From Ferruginibacter sp. (GTDB lineage Bacteria > Bacteroidota > Bacteroidia > Chitinophagales > Chitinophagaceae): a DNA stretch of 64,000 nucleotides. This document shows, one piece after another, positions 18,082-28,592 of this stretch (position 1 is its first letter; the number at the start of each line of letters is the position of its first letter). The notes under the pieces were generated by a model, which was not told the DNA's origin, searched no databases, and worked only from the letters and a program-made list of their open reading frames with translations. Made by a program: the position numbers and the translations under genes. Location of the stretch: contig JBDUEK010000004.1 of NCBI GenBank assembly GCA_040002495.1, positions 29,342 to 93,341 on the forward strand, in the 5' to 3' direction.

Positions 18082-19386
18082 ATGAGCTCATTTGAAGTAA
18101 TAGGCGGTAAAAGACTATCAGGCGATATAATCCCACAGGGCGCCAAAAACGAAACATTGCAGATCATTTCTGCGGTGTTACTTACTCCCGAAAAAGTAAC
18201 TATTAACAATATACCCGACATTATTGATGTAAACCTGTTGATAGAATTACTGGAAGAAATGAAGGTGAAAATTGATAGAATCAGCAGGCAAAGTTGCACT
18301 TTTCAGGCAGATGATATTGATGTTGATTATCTGAGTAGCGCAGACTTTCATAAAAAAAGCGGCAAACTACGGGGTTCTGTAATGCTTGCCGGGCCAATGT
18401 TATCCCGTTTTAAAAAGGCATACATCCCTAAACCGGGTGGCGATAAAATAGGCCGCAGAAGATTGGATACGCATATTATAGGTTTTGAAAAATTGGGTGC
18501 TTCATTTGAATACAACCAGGATGGCTTTTTTTACCTGGCAGCAAAAGAACTAACCGGCGCCAATATTTTATTGGACGAGCCAAGCGTAACCGGAACTGCA
18601 AATATTTTGATGGCGGCAGTAATGGCTACGGGTACTACTACCATTTATAATGCAGCGTGTGAACCATACCTGCAGCAACTCTGCAAGATGCTTAACAGAA
18701 TGGGAGCAAAAATCAGCGGTATCGGTAGTAATATGCTCACCATTGCAGGTGTAGATTACCTGGCTGGAACAGAGCATCGCATCTTACCTGATATGATTGA
18801 GGTAGGCAGTTTTATTGGTATGGCTGCAATGACTCAAAGCGATATTACCATCAAAGGAGCGGGAATAGAACACCTTGGTGTAATACCTGAAAGATTTCAG
18901 CAATTGGGCATTCAAATGAATTTTGTTGGCGATGACATTCATATTCCAACGCAGGAATTATATGAAATACAAAAGTATATGGATGGCGGCGTGCTCACTA
19001 TTTATGATCATCCCTGGCCGGGTTTTACGCCGGATTTGCTAAGCATCGTATTGGTAACAGCCATCCAAGCCAAGGGAAGTGTATTAATACATCAGAAAAT
19101 GTTTGAAAGCAGGTTGTTCTTTGTGGATAAGCTGATTGATATGGGAGCGCAGGTAATTTTATGTGATCCGCATCGTGCTGTGGTAATTGGCCTGGAAAGA
19201 GAACAAAAATTACGTGGAATTACTATGTCAAGCCCGGATATAAGAGCGGGTGTTGCTTTGTTAATTGCCGCTTTAAGTGCAGAAGGAGTAAGTAATATTC
19301 AAAATATAGAACAAATTGACCGTGGTTATCAGAACATTGATACCCGTTTGCAAAATTTGGGTGCACAAATAAAAAGAATTCAGTAA
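18082..19386 (+). CDS. murA: UDP-N-acetylglucosamine 1-carboxyvinyltransferase (Asp-type)
   Basis: GAKN, LRGSVML.GP, PGGDKIGRR, SVTGTAN, PWPGFTPD, DIRAG, IDRGY. Confidence 0.97.
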   Translation: MSSFEVIGGKRLSGDIIPQGAKNETLQIISAVLLTPEKVTINNIPDIIDVNLLIELLEEMKVKIDRISRQSCTFQADDIDVDYLSSADFHKKSGKLRGSVMLAGPMLSRFKKAYIPKPGGDKIGRRRLDTHIIGFEKLGASFEYNQDGFFYLAAKELTGANILLDEPSVTGTANILMAAVMATGTTTIYNAACEPYLQQLCKMLNRMGAKISGIGSNMLTIAGVDYLAGTEHRILPDMIEVGSFIGMAAMTQSDITIKGAGIEHLGVIPERFQQLGIQMNFVGDDIHIPTQELYEIQKYMDGGVLTIYDHPWPGFTPDLLSIVLVTAIQAKGSVLIHQKMFESRLFFVDKLIDMGAQVILCDPHRAVVIGLEREQKLRGITMSSPDIRAGVALLIAALSAEGVSNIQNIEQIDRGYQNIDTRLQNLGAQIKRIQ

Positions 19387-19678
19387 GCCTTTAAACAGGT
19401 AAATACAAGATTATGTTTAAATCCTGATTTTTATATTTCAGAGGGATAAAATAGTGAGTTGCCATTTTGCTCCTTATTGATAAAATGTACAAGGGTGCGA
19501 CGCCTTTGAAGCTAAATTGAAAAACTTCCGTCTGGTTCATAAAAAAAATTGTTCACTAATTTACCCGTTTGTTCACTGTAGTAGTCAACTCATTAAGACT
19601 TTTGCGTAATTTTTTGCCAGATACAAGGAAAAAGTGAATAGCAATATGCTGATTGCTTTTTCTTTCCTTTCTTTGCAA

Positions 19679-20251
19679 ATGCCTACTCCCAATAAAATTA
19701 TCATCATTACTGCCCCATCCGGTTCAGGTAAAACTTCCATCACCCGGTACCTGATGCAAGAATATCCTCAATTAGCCTTTTCCATATCTGCCGCTACACG
19801 CCAGGCACGTGGCATCGAAAAAAATGGAGTTGATTATTACTTTATGCCCCAGGAAGAATTCAAACAAAAAATTCAACATAATGAGTTTGTAGAGTGGGAA
19901 ATGGTGTACGAAGGCAAATATTATGGCACGTTAAAAAGTGAATTACAACGTATTTGGGACGAAAATAAAATTCCTGTACTGGATATAGATGTTAAAGGTG
20001 CTATACATGTAAAACAACAATACCCAGATTCCTGCATTACATTATTTATCGAGCCCCCATCAGTAAACGAATTAAAAAAGCGACTCGAAGGCCGGGGAAC
20101 CGAATCACCGGAATCATTGGCAGCAAGGATTAATAAAGCTGCTTACGAAATCTCCTTTAAAGATCATTTTGATAAGCTGATTGTAAATGACGATCTCGAC
20201 AAAGCATGCAAAGAAGCACGGTCTATCATTGCTGACTTTATTAAACAATAA
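19679..20251 (+). CDS. gmk: Guanylate kinase
   Basis: APSGSGKTS P-loop, SISAATR, FVEWE, YYGT; ATG at 19679 preferred over the upstream GTG at 19634. Confidence 0.96.
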   Translation: MPTPNKIIIITAPSGSGKTSITRYLMQEYPQLAFSISAATRQARGIEKNGVDYYFMPQEEFKQKIQHNEFVEWEMVYEGKYYGTLKSELQRIWDENKIPVLDIDVKGAIHVKQQYPDSCITLFIEPPSVNELKKRLEGRGTESPESLAARINKAAYEISFKDHFDKLIVNDDLDKACKEARSIIADFIKQ

Positions 20252-20294
20252 TTAGGTTACCCGATAAATCAATCATCTTTCCTATTTTTACTTC

Positions 20295-21575
20295 ATGGAT
20301 TGGACTTCACTTTTTGCAATTTTGATCTCATTGATCCTGATAGGTTTTTTTTCGGGAGTAGAGATAGCTTTTGTTTCAGCCAATAAATTATCTATTGAAC
20401 TGAGAAAAAAGCAAGGGCATTTTAGCGGTAGAGTATGGGGCGATTATGCGGATAAACCAGCCCGGTTTATTGGAACCACGTTAATCAGTTTCAATGTGAT
20501 TCTTGTAGTGTACGGATTACTTTGGAGCAATTTTATGACAGATGTCTGGCACAATCAAATTGGCGAATTTAGCTGGAACATTACAAACCAATACATACAT
20601 CTTATTATTGAAACAATTGTTTCAACGATTTTTTTGCTGTTTTTCGAGTTTGTATTCAAAGCCTATTTCAGGGCAAAAAACGACTCTATCTTAAGCAGTG
20701 GAGTAATCACTTATATCATACAGATTTTCTTCCTCATTTTTTCGGGCATTGCTTCATTTTTTGTGAATATATCAGAGTGGATACTTAAGTATATTTTCAA
20801 TGTTAAACTCAATGAAAAAAAGGAAGTCTTTACTAAAATTGATTTGGAGCATTTCATTCAGCAAAGCAAAAATCATGATGAGGAAGACACGTCTGAAATC
20901 AACAAGGAGTTGTTTGAAAATGCGTTATCGTTAAGTGAAAAAAAAATAAGAGAATGCCTGATACCAAGAAAAGAAATTGATGCTGTTGATATCAGAACAA
21001 ATATAGAATCGGTAAAAGAAAGATTTATACAAACAAAGCTAAGTAAGCTGGTTGTGTACGAAGATAATATTGATTCCATCCTGGGATATGTTCACCAGCT
21101 CGACTTGTTTAAAAACCCTGCAGATATACACGCAATTTTATTGCCAATACCAACTATTCCCGAAAGCATGAGCGCTACCGATTTGATGACCAAATTTACC
21201 AAAGAAAGAAAAAGTATTGCATGGGTAGTGGATGAATTTGGAGGTACAGCAGGTATAGTAACGATGGAAGATTTGCTCGAAGAAATATTTGGTGACATTA
21301 AAGATGAATACGACACCGAAGAATTTGTTGACAAACAAATTTCTGCTAACGAATTTATATTTAGCGGCAGATTGGAATTGGATTATATAACCGAAAAATA
21401 CAAAATGCAGTTCGCTGACAGCCAGGAAACTGAAACCCTTAGTGGCTTTATAATTCAGAACCGTGACGAAATTCCCAAACAAAAAGAAACCTTTACAGTT
21501 GGTAATTACCAATTCGATATTTTGAATGTAAGTGAAACAAGAATTGAAACTGTAAAAATGAAAGTGCTTAAATAG
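20295..21575 (+). CDS. HlyC/CorC (CNNM-CBS-CorC) family protein
   Basis: FFSGVEIAF, CBS pair, VVDEFGGTAGIVTMEDLLEEIFGDI.DE.D, CorC C-terminal domain. Confidence 0.92.
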   Translation: MDWTSLFAILISLILIGFFSGVEIAFVSANKLSIELRKKQGHFSGRVWGDYADKPARFIGTTLISFNVILVVYGLLWSNFMTDVWHNQIGEFSWNITNQYIHLIIETIVSTIFLLFFEFVFKAYFRAKNDSILSSGVITYIIQIFFLIFSGIASFFVNISEWILKYIFNVKLNEKKEVFTKIDLEHFIQQSKNHDEEDTSEINKELFENALSLSEKKIRECLIPRKEIDAVDIRTNIESVKERFIQTKLSKLVVYEDNIDSILGYVHQLDLFKNPADIHAILLPIPTIPESMSATDLMTKFTKERKSIAWVVDEFGGTAGIVTMEDLLEEIFGDIKDEYDTEEFVDKQISANEFIFSGRLELDYITEKYKMQFADSQETETLSGFIIQNRDEIPKQKETFTVGNYQFDILNVSETRIETVKMKVLK

Positions 21576-21626
21576 TGCGCTCATTCATTTTGAAGCGCAC
21601 GTTTATTTTCAAAAGAAATCCAATTC

Positions 21627-22736
21627 ATGACCATTGCTGTAAATCTCACCTATCTTTTCAATGCAGCGAATAAGGATTTGATAAATGCTCAATTTATACA
21701 ACTGGCCGCAGCTCATTCGGACCATCAATTTATTTTTATTGTACGTGATAAAAATCAGCATCAAACAATCATTACAAAAAACATCACCGAAGTAATTTCA
21801 CATCCCCGTGGAAATACAGTGTTGCTTTGGAAACTTTGGTACAATTATACCTTACCAGCTTTGATAAGGAAACATAAAGCGGATGTACTCATAAACGCAG
21901 ATGGTGCCTGTTCATTACGTTCCAAAATAAAACAATACTTGTTTATCAATGATTGTTACTTTCTAAAAGCATCTACATTTTCAACTAAAAAACAATTTGG
22001 CTTTTTACAAAAAAATGCAACATCATTTTTAAATAAATCAACGCTAATTTTTACACATACATCTTTTCAGAAAAAGAATTTAATTGCTAAATATACTATC
22101 AACGAAAATAAAATTGAACTGATACCATTGGAAATAAGTTCAGTTTTTCAACCGATGGATTTTGTTGAAAAGGAAACTGTAAAAGACAGTTATGCAGATG
22201 GCAGAGAATACTTTCTTTTTAATGGAGATATTCATCCAAACAATCATTTAATTAATCTTTTAAAAGCATTTTCATTTTTCAAAAAAAGACAAAAAAGTAA
22301 CATGCAGTTATTAATTACTGCCAAAGCTGTTGCAGAGCACAATCCATTTGTTGAAAGCCTTAAAACTTATAAATTCCGCAATGAAGTAAAGGTGCTTTTT
22401 GATCTGCCTGGAACCGAAATCGCAAAAATAACAGCGGCATCCTATGCAGTGATATATCCTGCTGAAACAGAGAATTTTCTACCCATTATTTTACAGGCGC
22501 ACCAGTGCGAAGTGCCACTTCTTTTATCAAATTCAGCTTCGCTTAAAGATGCAGGTGGAGCGGCAGCACTTTATTTTGATGATCAAAATTTTAATGATAT
22601 TGCTGATAAAATGATGCTGATATTTAAGGATGAAAACGGCCGCAGTAATCTTATAAAAGAAGCAAGATCAATTTCAAATAAATATAAGGAAACTGATTCG
22701 TCCGGATTATTATGGGAGTTGACTACAACAGGTTAA
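21627..22736 (+). CDS. GT-B fold glycosyltransferase (GT4-like), degenerate motifs
   Basis: Overall GT4 layout (LLKAF, VIYPA..ENF, DIADKM); canonical nucleotide-sugar motifs altered. Confidence 0.75.
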   Translation: MTIAVNLTYLFNAANKDLINAQFIQLAAAHSDHQFIFIVRDKNQHQTIITKNITEVISHPRGNTVLLWKLWYNYTLPALIRKHKADVLINADGACSLRSKIKQYLFINDCYFLKASTFSTKKQFGFLQKNATSFLNKSTLIFTHTSFQKKNLIAKYTINENKIELIPLEISSVFQPMDFVEKETVKDSYADGREYFLFNGDIHPNNHLINLLKAFSFFKKRQKSNMQLLITAKAVAEHNPFVESLKTYKFRNEVKVLFDLPGTEIAKITAASYAVIYPAETENFLPIILQAHQCEVPLLLSNSASLKDAGGAAALYFDDQNFNDIADKMMLIFKDENGRSNLIKEARSISNKYKETDSSGLLWELTTTG

Positions 22737-22795
22737 TATCCTGCAATGCTTTATTAGCTGGCTTTACCCACATTTAGTTTCTATAATAAACCAAT

Positions 22796-22803
22796 TATCT
22801 TTG
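22796..22803 (+). promoter_or_regulatory. Sigma-A -7 element (TATCTTTG) upstream of gldC
   Basis: Exact TAnnTTTG match 30 nt before the ATG. Confidence 0.65.
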
Positions 22804-22833
22804 CATTCTTTTATCTGCAAATTTTAATATATA

Positions 22834-23178
22834 ATGAATAAATCAACCATACAGATTGACGTATTATTAGACCCTAAAAAAGTGCCTGAACAAATTAGTT
22901 GGAAGGCTTCGGACAGCAGTGCTGACATGGCTCAAAAGGCAAAAGCAATGTGCCTTGCATTTTGGGATGGTGAAGATAAAACTGCCCTAAGAATTGATTT
23001 ATGGACAAAGGATATGATGATGGACGAAATGGCCGACTTTTATTACCAGATGTTTATGACGATGGCCGATACATTTAAAAGAGCAACCCAACAGGAGGAA
23101 TTAGGTGACGACATGAAAAAATTTGCAAAAGTGTTTTTCGAAAAATTCAGAGCCATTCAACTGAAAGAGCAGAAATAA
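22834..23178 (+). CDS. gldC: Gliding motility protein GldC
   Basis: VPEQISW.A, FWD....ALRIDLWTKDM..DEM..F motifs characteristic of GldC. Confidence 0.9.
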   Translation: MNKSTIQIDVLLDPKKVPEQISWKASDSSADMAQKAKAMCLAFWDGEDKTALRIDLWTKDMMMDEMADFYYQMFMTMADTFKRATQQEELGDDMKKFAKVFFEKFRAIQLKEQK

Positions 23179-23278
23179 AAAGCAGTCATTAAATAAGGGA
23201 CCGCTCTCCTGGAGTAGTTTCTAAATTTATCGTATTTCAAAATATAGATTCATTTATACATTATAAAAAATATCAACA

Positions 23279-23731
23279 ATGAGCCTTGAACAACAAATAA
23301 TGACGGAAATGAAAGAGGCAATGAAGGCCAAAAATGAAGGCGTTTTACGCAGTCTCCGTGCCATAAAAGCCGAAATCATCAAAGCAAAAACAGAACCTGG
23401 TGCAGGCGGTGAAATAGATGAGGCAACAGAGCAAAAATTTTTACAAAAAATGATGAAGCAAAGAAGAGATTCGCTGGAGATTTTTGAAAAGCAGGGACGT
23501 GAAGACCTTGCCATCAAAGAAAAAGAAGAGATGGCCGTGATTGAAAAATTTCTTCCTAAGCAGATGAGTGAGGCAGAAATAAAAGAAGCTGTTTCGAAAA
23601 TTATTGAATCGACTGGTGCAAGTACTGCCGCAGACATGGGTAAAGTAATGGGTGTAGCAAGTAAGCAACTTGCAGGCCTTGCAGATGGCAAAATAATTAG
23701 TGTAATTGTAAAAGAGTTACTAAATAAATAA
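23279..23731 (+). CDS. GatB/YqeY domain protein
   Basis: MKEAMKAK, KQRRDS..IF..QGREDLA.KE..E, ADMGKVMG. Confidence 0.93.
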   Translation: MSLEQQIMTEMKEAMKAKNEGVLRSLRAIKAEIIKAKTEPGAGGEIDEATEQKFLQKMMKQRRDSLEIFEKQGREDLAIKEKEEMAVIEKFLPKQMSEAEIKEAVSKIIESTGASTAADMGKVMGVASKQLAGLADGKIISVIVKELLNK

Positions 23732-23795
23732 TTTAAAAATGCAAAGGATAATTTGCAGACACGAGTTGATATGGATTTGCATACAATAATTAAAA

Positions 23796-24341
23796 TTGCG
23801 AATTATGATAGATATTCTATATGCCATATTAATCATATTCGCAATAATAAAAGGCTATCGTAAAGGCTTTATAATTGCCTTATTTTCAATAGTTGCATTT
23901 ATTCTGGGCCTTGCAGCCGCATTAAAATTATCTGCTGTAGTAGCAAATTATTTAGGCAGCTCCACAACAGTTTCAGCAAAATGGTTACCTGCAATTTCCT
24001 TTGCACTTGTTTTTATAGGGGTGGTTATTTTAGTGCAACTGGGAGGTAAGTTGATTGAAAAAACATTTGATCTTGTTTTGCTGGGATGGTTAAACCGTAT
24101 GGCAGGTGTGTTATTGTATGCAATACTGTACACGCTAATATTTAGTGTGTTTTTATTTTATGCCGATAAGATGCAGCTGTTTGAAGAATCTACCACTACA
24201 GCATCGAAAACTTATTCGCTGATAAAGCCACTGGGACCCGAAGTTATTAATGGATTTGCAAGGCTACTGCCTATATTTAAAAATATGTTTACCCAACTTG
24301 AACAATTTTTTGACAGTGTATCCAACAAAATGCAGCATTAA
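23796..24341 (+). CDS. CvpA (colicin V production) family membrane protein
   Basis: GYRKGFI, LGWLNRMAG motifs; four TM helices; start may be ATG at 23805. Confidence 0.85.
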   Translation: MRIMIDILYAILIIFAIIKGYRKGFIIALFSIVAFILGLAAALKLSAVVANYLGSSTTVSAKWLPAISFALVFIGVVILVQLGGKLIEKTFDLVLLGWLNRMAGVLLYAILYTLIFSVFLFYADKMQLFEESTTTASKTYSLIKPLGPEVINGFARLLPIFKNMFTQLEQFFDSVSNKMQH

Positions 24342-24434
24342 TTTGAGGCATTATTTTATTTAGTGTAATTTTAAACTGATTGCTTACTTTAGCAAACAGT
24401 TATAGCACCTGAAAACATCATTAGTTCCAGCAGA

Positions 24435-25214
24435 ATGAGTTACGAAATCAAACAAGACGGAAAATTCAAATACATAGAAGAAGGCGAGGGCGAACCACTT
24501 ATGTTACTTCATGGTTTATTTGGCGCATTGAGCAATTTTATGCCGCTCATTGAGCATTTTAAAACATACAACAAAGTAATAGTGCCGATACTGCCATTAC
24601 TCGACCTTGACTTGTTGCATACATCAGTTGGAGGGCTGCAAAAATTTGTTCAAAAATTTATTGAACATCGCGGCTATTCCAATATAAATTTATTAGGCAA
24701 TTCATTAGGTGGCCATGTGGCATTAGTTCATATTCTTAAAAATCCGGAGCGAATTAGATCGTTGATTTTAACAGGCAGTTCCGGGCTTTTTGAAAATGGC
24801 ATGGGTGACACTTACCCCAAAAGAGGCGACCGGGAATATATCCGCAAAAAAACAGAACTTACATTTTACGATCCGGCAATGGCTACGGAAGAATTAGTAA
24901 ATGAAGTTTTTGAAATCACCAACAATCGCCTAAAAGTTATCAAAATTATTGCATTGGCAAAAAGCGCAATCCGTAATAATCTTGGTGAAGAATTAAATGA
25001 AATTAAACAACCTACCTGCCTCATCTGGGGAAATAATGATACCATAACTCCACCATTTGTTGGCAAGGAATTTCATCGGCTGATACCTAACAGCGAATTA
25101 CATTTTGTTGATAAATGTGGGCATGCTCCAATGATGGAGGTACCAGAAGAGTTTAATAGAATATTGGCAACATTTTTAGCCAAACTAAAAACTCCTGCTG
25201 CAACTATTTTATAA
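24435..25214 (+). CDS. Alpha/beta hydrolase
   Basis: LHGLFG, nucleophile elbow GNSLGG, WGNND, CGHAP. Confidence 0.93.
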   Translation: MSYEIKQDGKFKYIEEGEGEPLMLLHGLFGALSNFMPLIEHFKTYNKVIVPILPLLDLDLLHTSVGGLQKFVQKFIEHRGYSNINLLGNSLGGHVALVHILKNPERIRSLILTGSSGLFENGMGDTYPKRGDREYIRKKTELTFYDPAMATEELVNEVFEITNNRLKVIKIIALAKSAIRNNLGEELNEIKQPTCLIWGNNDTITPPFVGKEFHRLIPNSELHFVDKCGHAPMMEVPEEFNRILATFLAKLKTPAATIL

Positions 25215-25289
25215 TAACGTTTGTCTTTATTCGTTATATAACCGTGGGTAAGGCTATTAAATATTGAACAACAATTTCAACACTTTTAA

Positions 25290-25952
25290 ATGCTTACAGC
25301 TGAACTTATTAATAACAACATTCCCCGGCTTCAACTACAGGATAGCGTTACTAAGGCCTTGCAGTTGATTAATGATTTCCGCGTTACCCACTTACCGGTA
25401 GTGTCGGAAGATAAATACCTGGGATTGATAAGTGAAGATGATCTGCTGGACGTAGAAGATGAAAAAGGTACTGTTGAATTTTTACAATCACATTTTATTG
25501 CAGGAAGCGTAAAAGAAAACGAACATTTTCTGAATGCAGTTAAATGCAGTAATGAATTTGAGACTACCGTTGTTCCGGTTATTAATGAAGAAAGAGAACT
25601 GGTGGGCGTTATTACTGTTACAGACTTATTAAAGGCATTGGGCGATTTTTCGGGTGCCAACGAAATTGGTGGTATAATAGTAATGGAAATGGAACGCACA
25701 CAGTTTGCGATATCCGAAATCAGCCGTATTGTAGAAAGCAATGATGCAACCATCCTTCACCTCAACACAACCATACAACCCGCCACAGGTCTGCTTACTG
25801 TATCGCTTCACCTGAATAAAAAAGAAATTGCAGCGATCGTTTCGGCTTTTGAACGCTACGAATATGATATCATTTATTATTTCGGCGACGAAAAATTTGA
25901 AAATGAAATTCATAGCAATTACCGTCACCTGATGAGCTACCTTGATATTTAG
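25290..25952 (+). CDS. CBS-domain protein with C-terminal ACT-like region
   Basis: Tandem CBS repeats (HLPVV..YLGLISE; VVPVI..LVGVIT). Confidence 0.85.
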   Translation: MLTAELINNNIPRLQLQDSVTKALQLINDFRVTHLPVVSEDKYLGLISEDDLLDVEDEKGTVEFLQSHFIAGSVKENEHFLNAVKCSNEFETTVVPVINEERELVGVITVTDLLKALGDFSGANEIGGIIVMEMERTQFAISEISRIVESNDATILHLNTTIQPATGLLTVSLHLNKKEIAAIVSAFERYEYDIIYYFGDEKFENEIHSNYRHLMSYLDI

Positions 25953-26009
25953 CCTTTATTATCTCCACTGCACATTTGTAAATTTTGTCATTACTTCGCA
26001 GATCAGGAA

Positions 26010-27479
26010 GTGAAGGAAAGCGTATTAATGAGCATTTTTAAAAAGATATATTCAGTAGTCATTTATTTATTACTCACAATAAATGCAACAGCCCAACATG
26101 TTGAACAACCGGTTCAAAACAGGGATACTTTTCAAATAGCTGTAAGAGATTCTACCACAAAACTAGTCATTCGCAAAATAAATGTAACAGGCAACCGGCA
26201 TACCAAAACATATATGATACTTCGGGAAATTCAATTTGGTCCCGGAGATTCCATTAGCATTCCCTCCATCACAAAAGCGTTTGAACTTGCCCGTCAACAA
26301 ATTTACAATACCAGTTTATTCAATGAAATTAAGCTGGAACTGGTAATGCTATCTGCATATGAAATTGATGTGAATGTAACCGTGCAAGAACGCTGGTATC
26401 TTTATCCTGCACCACAATTTCAATTGGTTGACCGCAATTTTAATGAATGGTGGGTGCGGTTTCATCGTAACCTTAACCGGGTAAACTACGGCGTAAAGTT
26501 TGTGCATTATAATTTTAGTGGCCGACGTGACCCTTTGCGTATTTACCTGATAAATGGCTATACCCGTAACATTTCATTTTCGTATTCGCAACCATATAGT
26601 AACCCTGGTTTAACAAAAGGATTTGGTATTGGCGGTGGACTATCTCAAAACCGGGAAATGAATTTTAAAACATCTTACAACAATCAAACATTATTTTTTA
26701 AACAAAATGATTTTGTAAAGAAGAACTGGTATTTCAATTTAAGCCTGCGTTTACAAAAAGGATATTTGTCAAGGCATACGGTTACATTTAATTATTCTTT
26801 CTTACAAGTGAATGATTCCATTATTACAACTAAATACAACCCCTCTTATTTCAATTTAAATACTACATCAAAAAATATTTTTGATCTTAGTTACAATTGG
26901 CGATATACCAATGTAAACAATATAGCCTATCCATTAAAAGGAACTACTGCTTATGCAACGCTTACAAAACGAGGCCTTGCACTTACCGGTGGCATTAACC
27001 TGTTGAATACCGAATTTGGATACAACAGGTATTGGACCCATAAAAAAAATTGGTACACAAGCCTGCAGTTTTCAGGAAATGTAAAACTACCTTTTGATCA
27101 ACCATATATTAATCAACGAGCACTTGGTTATAGTGAAACTAACCTTCGGGGCCTGGAATATTATGTGGTGGATGGCGTAGCTTTTGGACTATTAAAATCT
27201 ACTTTAAAAAAGAAATTATTTTCCTTTTCCATACCTTTTCCATTTAAATCAAAAACATTTACAGCTATTCCTTTTTCATTTTATGCCAAAACCTATGCAG
27301 ATGCAGGATTTGTATACAATAAAAGGAAGTATCTTACAAATCTTAATAACAGGTTTTTGTACTCCGGGGGATTTGGAATAGATGTGCTCACCCTTTACGA
27401 TGTTAGTATCCGGTTTGAATACAGTTTTAACCAACTTGGTGAAAACGGGTTATTTTTGAGAAGCATCGGTGGATTATAA
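26010..27479 (+). CDS. Omp85 (BamA/TamA-like) outer-membrane protein with about one POTRA
   Basis: POTRA signature (I.VTGNRHTK.YMILRE), LRGLEYYVVDG, terminal beta-strands. Confidence 0.8.
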   Translation: MKESVLMSIFKKIYSVVIYLLLTINATAQHVEQPVQNRDTFQIAVRDSTTKLVIRKINVTGNRHTKTYMILREIQFGPGDSISIPSITKAFELARQQIYNTSLFNEIKLELVMLSAYEIDVNVTVQERWYLYPAPQFQLVDRNFNEWWVRFHRNLNRVNYGVKFVHYNFSGRRDPLRIYLINGYTRNISFSYSQPYSNPGLTKGFGIGGGLSQNREMNFKTSYNNQTLFFKQNDFVKKNWYFNLSLRLQKGYLSRHTVTFNYSFLQVNDSIITTKYNPSYFNLNTTSKNIFDLSYNWRYTNVNNIAYPLKGTTAYATLTKRGLALTGGINLLNTEFGYNRYWTHKKNWYTSLQFSGNVKLPFDQPYINQRALGYSETNLRGLEYYVVDGVAFGLLKSTLKKKLFSFSIPFPFKSKTFTAIPFSFYAKTYADAGFVYNKRKYLTNLNNRFLYSGGFGIDVLTLYDVSIRFEYSFNQLGENGLFLRSIGGL

Positions 27480-27611
27480 TACCTTCAATAAAAGTAACCG
27501 GCAATTTGATTGATATTAAAATTTCATCTTCAACCTTGTTACCGTGGGCCTTGTAACAAAACAACAATGGCAGCGTTCTTACAATTGCACTAATAAATAA
27601 TAAACCAACTA

Positions 27612-28493
27612 ATGAAAATAGCTATTTATAGCAGGGGCATTGAAAATGATCAACATAAGGACATGGAGTCACTTTTGGAAGAATTAAATCTTTATAAAGT
27701 GGAGCCAGTTTTTTACCAGGATTTTTTCAACAAGTTTTATTCTTCTGTAACTATGAATGGTAAGTATTCCACTTTTAATTCGGCAGATGACCTCGATGAT
27801 ACCATCGATTGTATGATAAGCCTGGGTGGTGATGGCACTTTGCTTGATACGGTTACTTTGGTACAGGATAAAGGCATTCCGGTTTTGGGAATCAATTATG
27901 GCCGCTTAGGATTTTTAGCAACTATTGGTAAAGAAGATTTGCACTTTGCTATTAAAGCCCTTGCTCAAAGAACGTACGTTACAGATAATCGCACCTTAAT
28001 TCATCTTGACGCCAATATTCCGTTATTTAATAACACGCCTTATGGCCTAAATGAATTTACGCTCCAGAAAAAAGATTCGTCTTCCATGATAAAAATTCAT
28101 ACTTATTTAAATGGTGAATTTTTAAATACTTATTGGGCTGATGGATTAATTGTGGCCACACCCACAGGTTCTACCGGCTATTCATTAAGTTGTAATGGGC
28201 CAATTGTTTTTCCGGATAGCGGTAGTTTTGTAATAACACCGGTTGCTCCACACAATTTGAATATCCGCCCGATTGTAGTGCCGGATAATAATATTATTTC
28301 TTTTGAAGTTGAAGGAAGAACAGATTCTTTTATCTGCACATTAGACAGCAGGCGCATGGTAGTTCCTAAAGAAGCTCAACTTGCATTAAGAAAAGAAAAA
28401 TTTGGCCTTAATCTCATCCGTTTAAATGAAAGTAATTTTCTTCAAACACTTAGAAATAAACTTTCGTGGGGACTTGATAAACGTAATAATTAG
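27612..28493 (+). CDS. nadK: NAD kinase
   Basis: GGDGT, GINYGRLGFL, NE motif, DG..ATPTGSTGYSLS.NGP. Confidence 0.96.
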   Translation: MKIAIYSRGIENDQHKDMESLLEELNLYKVEPVFYQDFFNKFYSSVTMNGKYSTFNSADDLDDTIDCMISLGGDGTLLDTVTLVQDKGIPVLGINYGRLGFLATIGKEDLHFAIKALAQRTYVTDNRTLIHLDANIPLFNNTPYGLNEFTLQKKDSSSMIKIHTYLNGEFLNTYWADGLIVATPTGSTGYSLSCNGPIVFPDSGSFVITPVAPHNLNIRPIVVPDNNIISFEVEGRTDSFICTLDSRRMVVPKEAQLALRKEKFGLNLIRLNESNFLQTLRNKLSWGLDKRNN

Positions 28494-28592
28494 CTTTGAG
28501 TAAATTGTATAGTTTACAAGCGCTCATCACAATAAAAAATTAAGAAAACCGTACCACGCAAATATTTTAAAAACAATTCTTATTTTGCAGTT

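Noticed and set aside
19122-19130. Perfect DnaA box (TGTGGATAA)
   Set aside because: Isolated and inside murA coding sequence (F-V-D-K codons).
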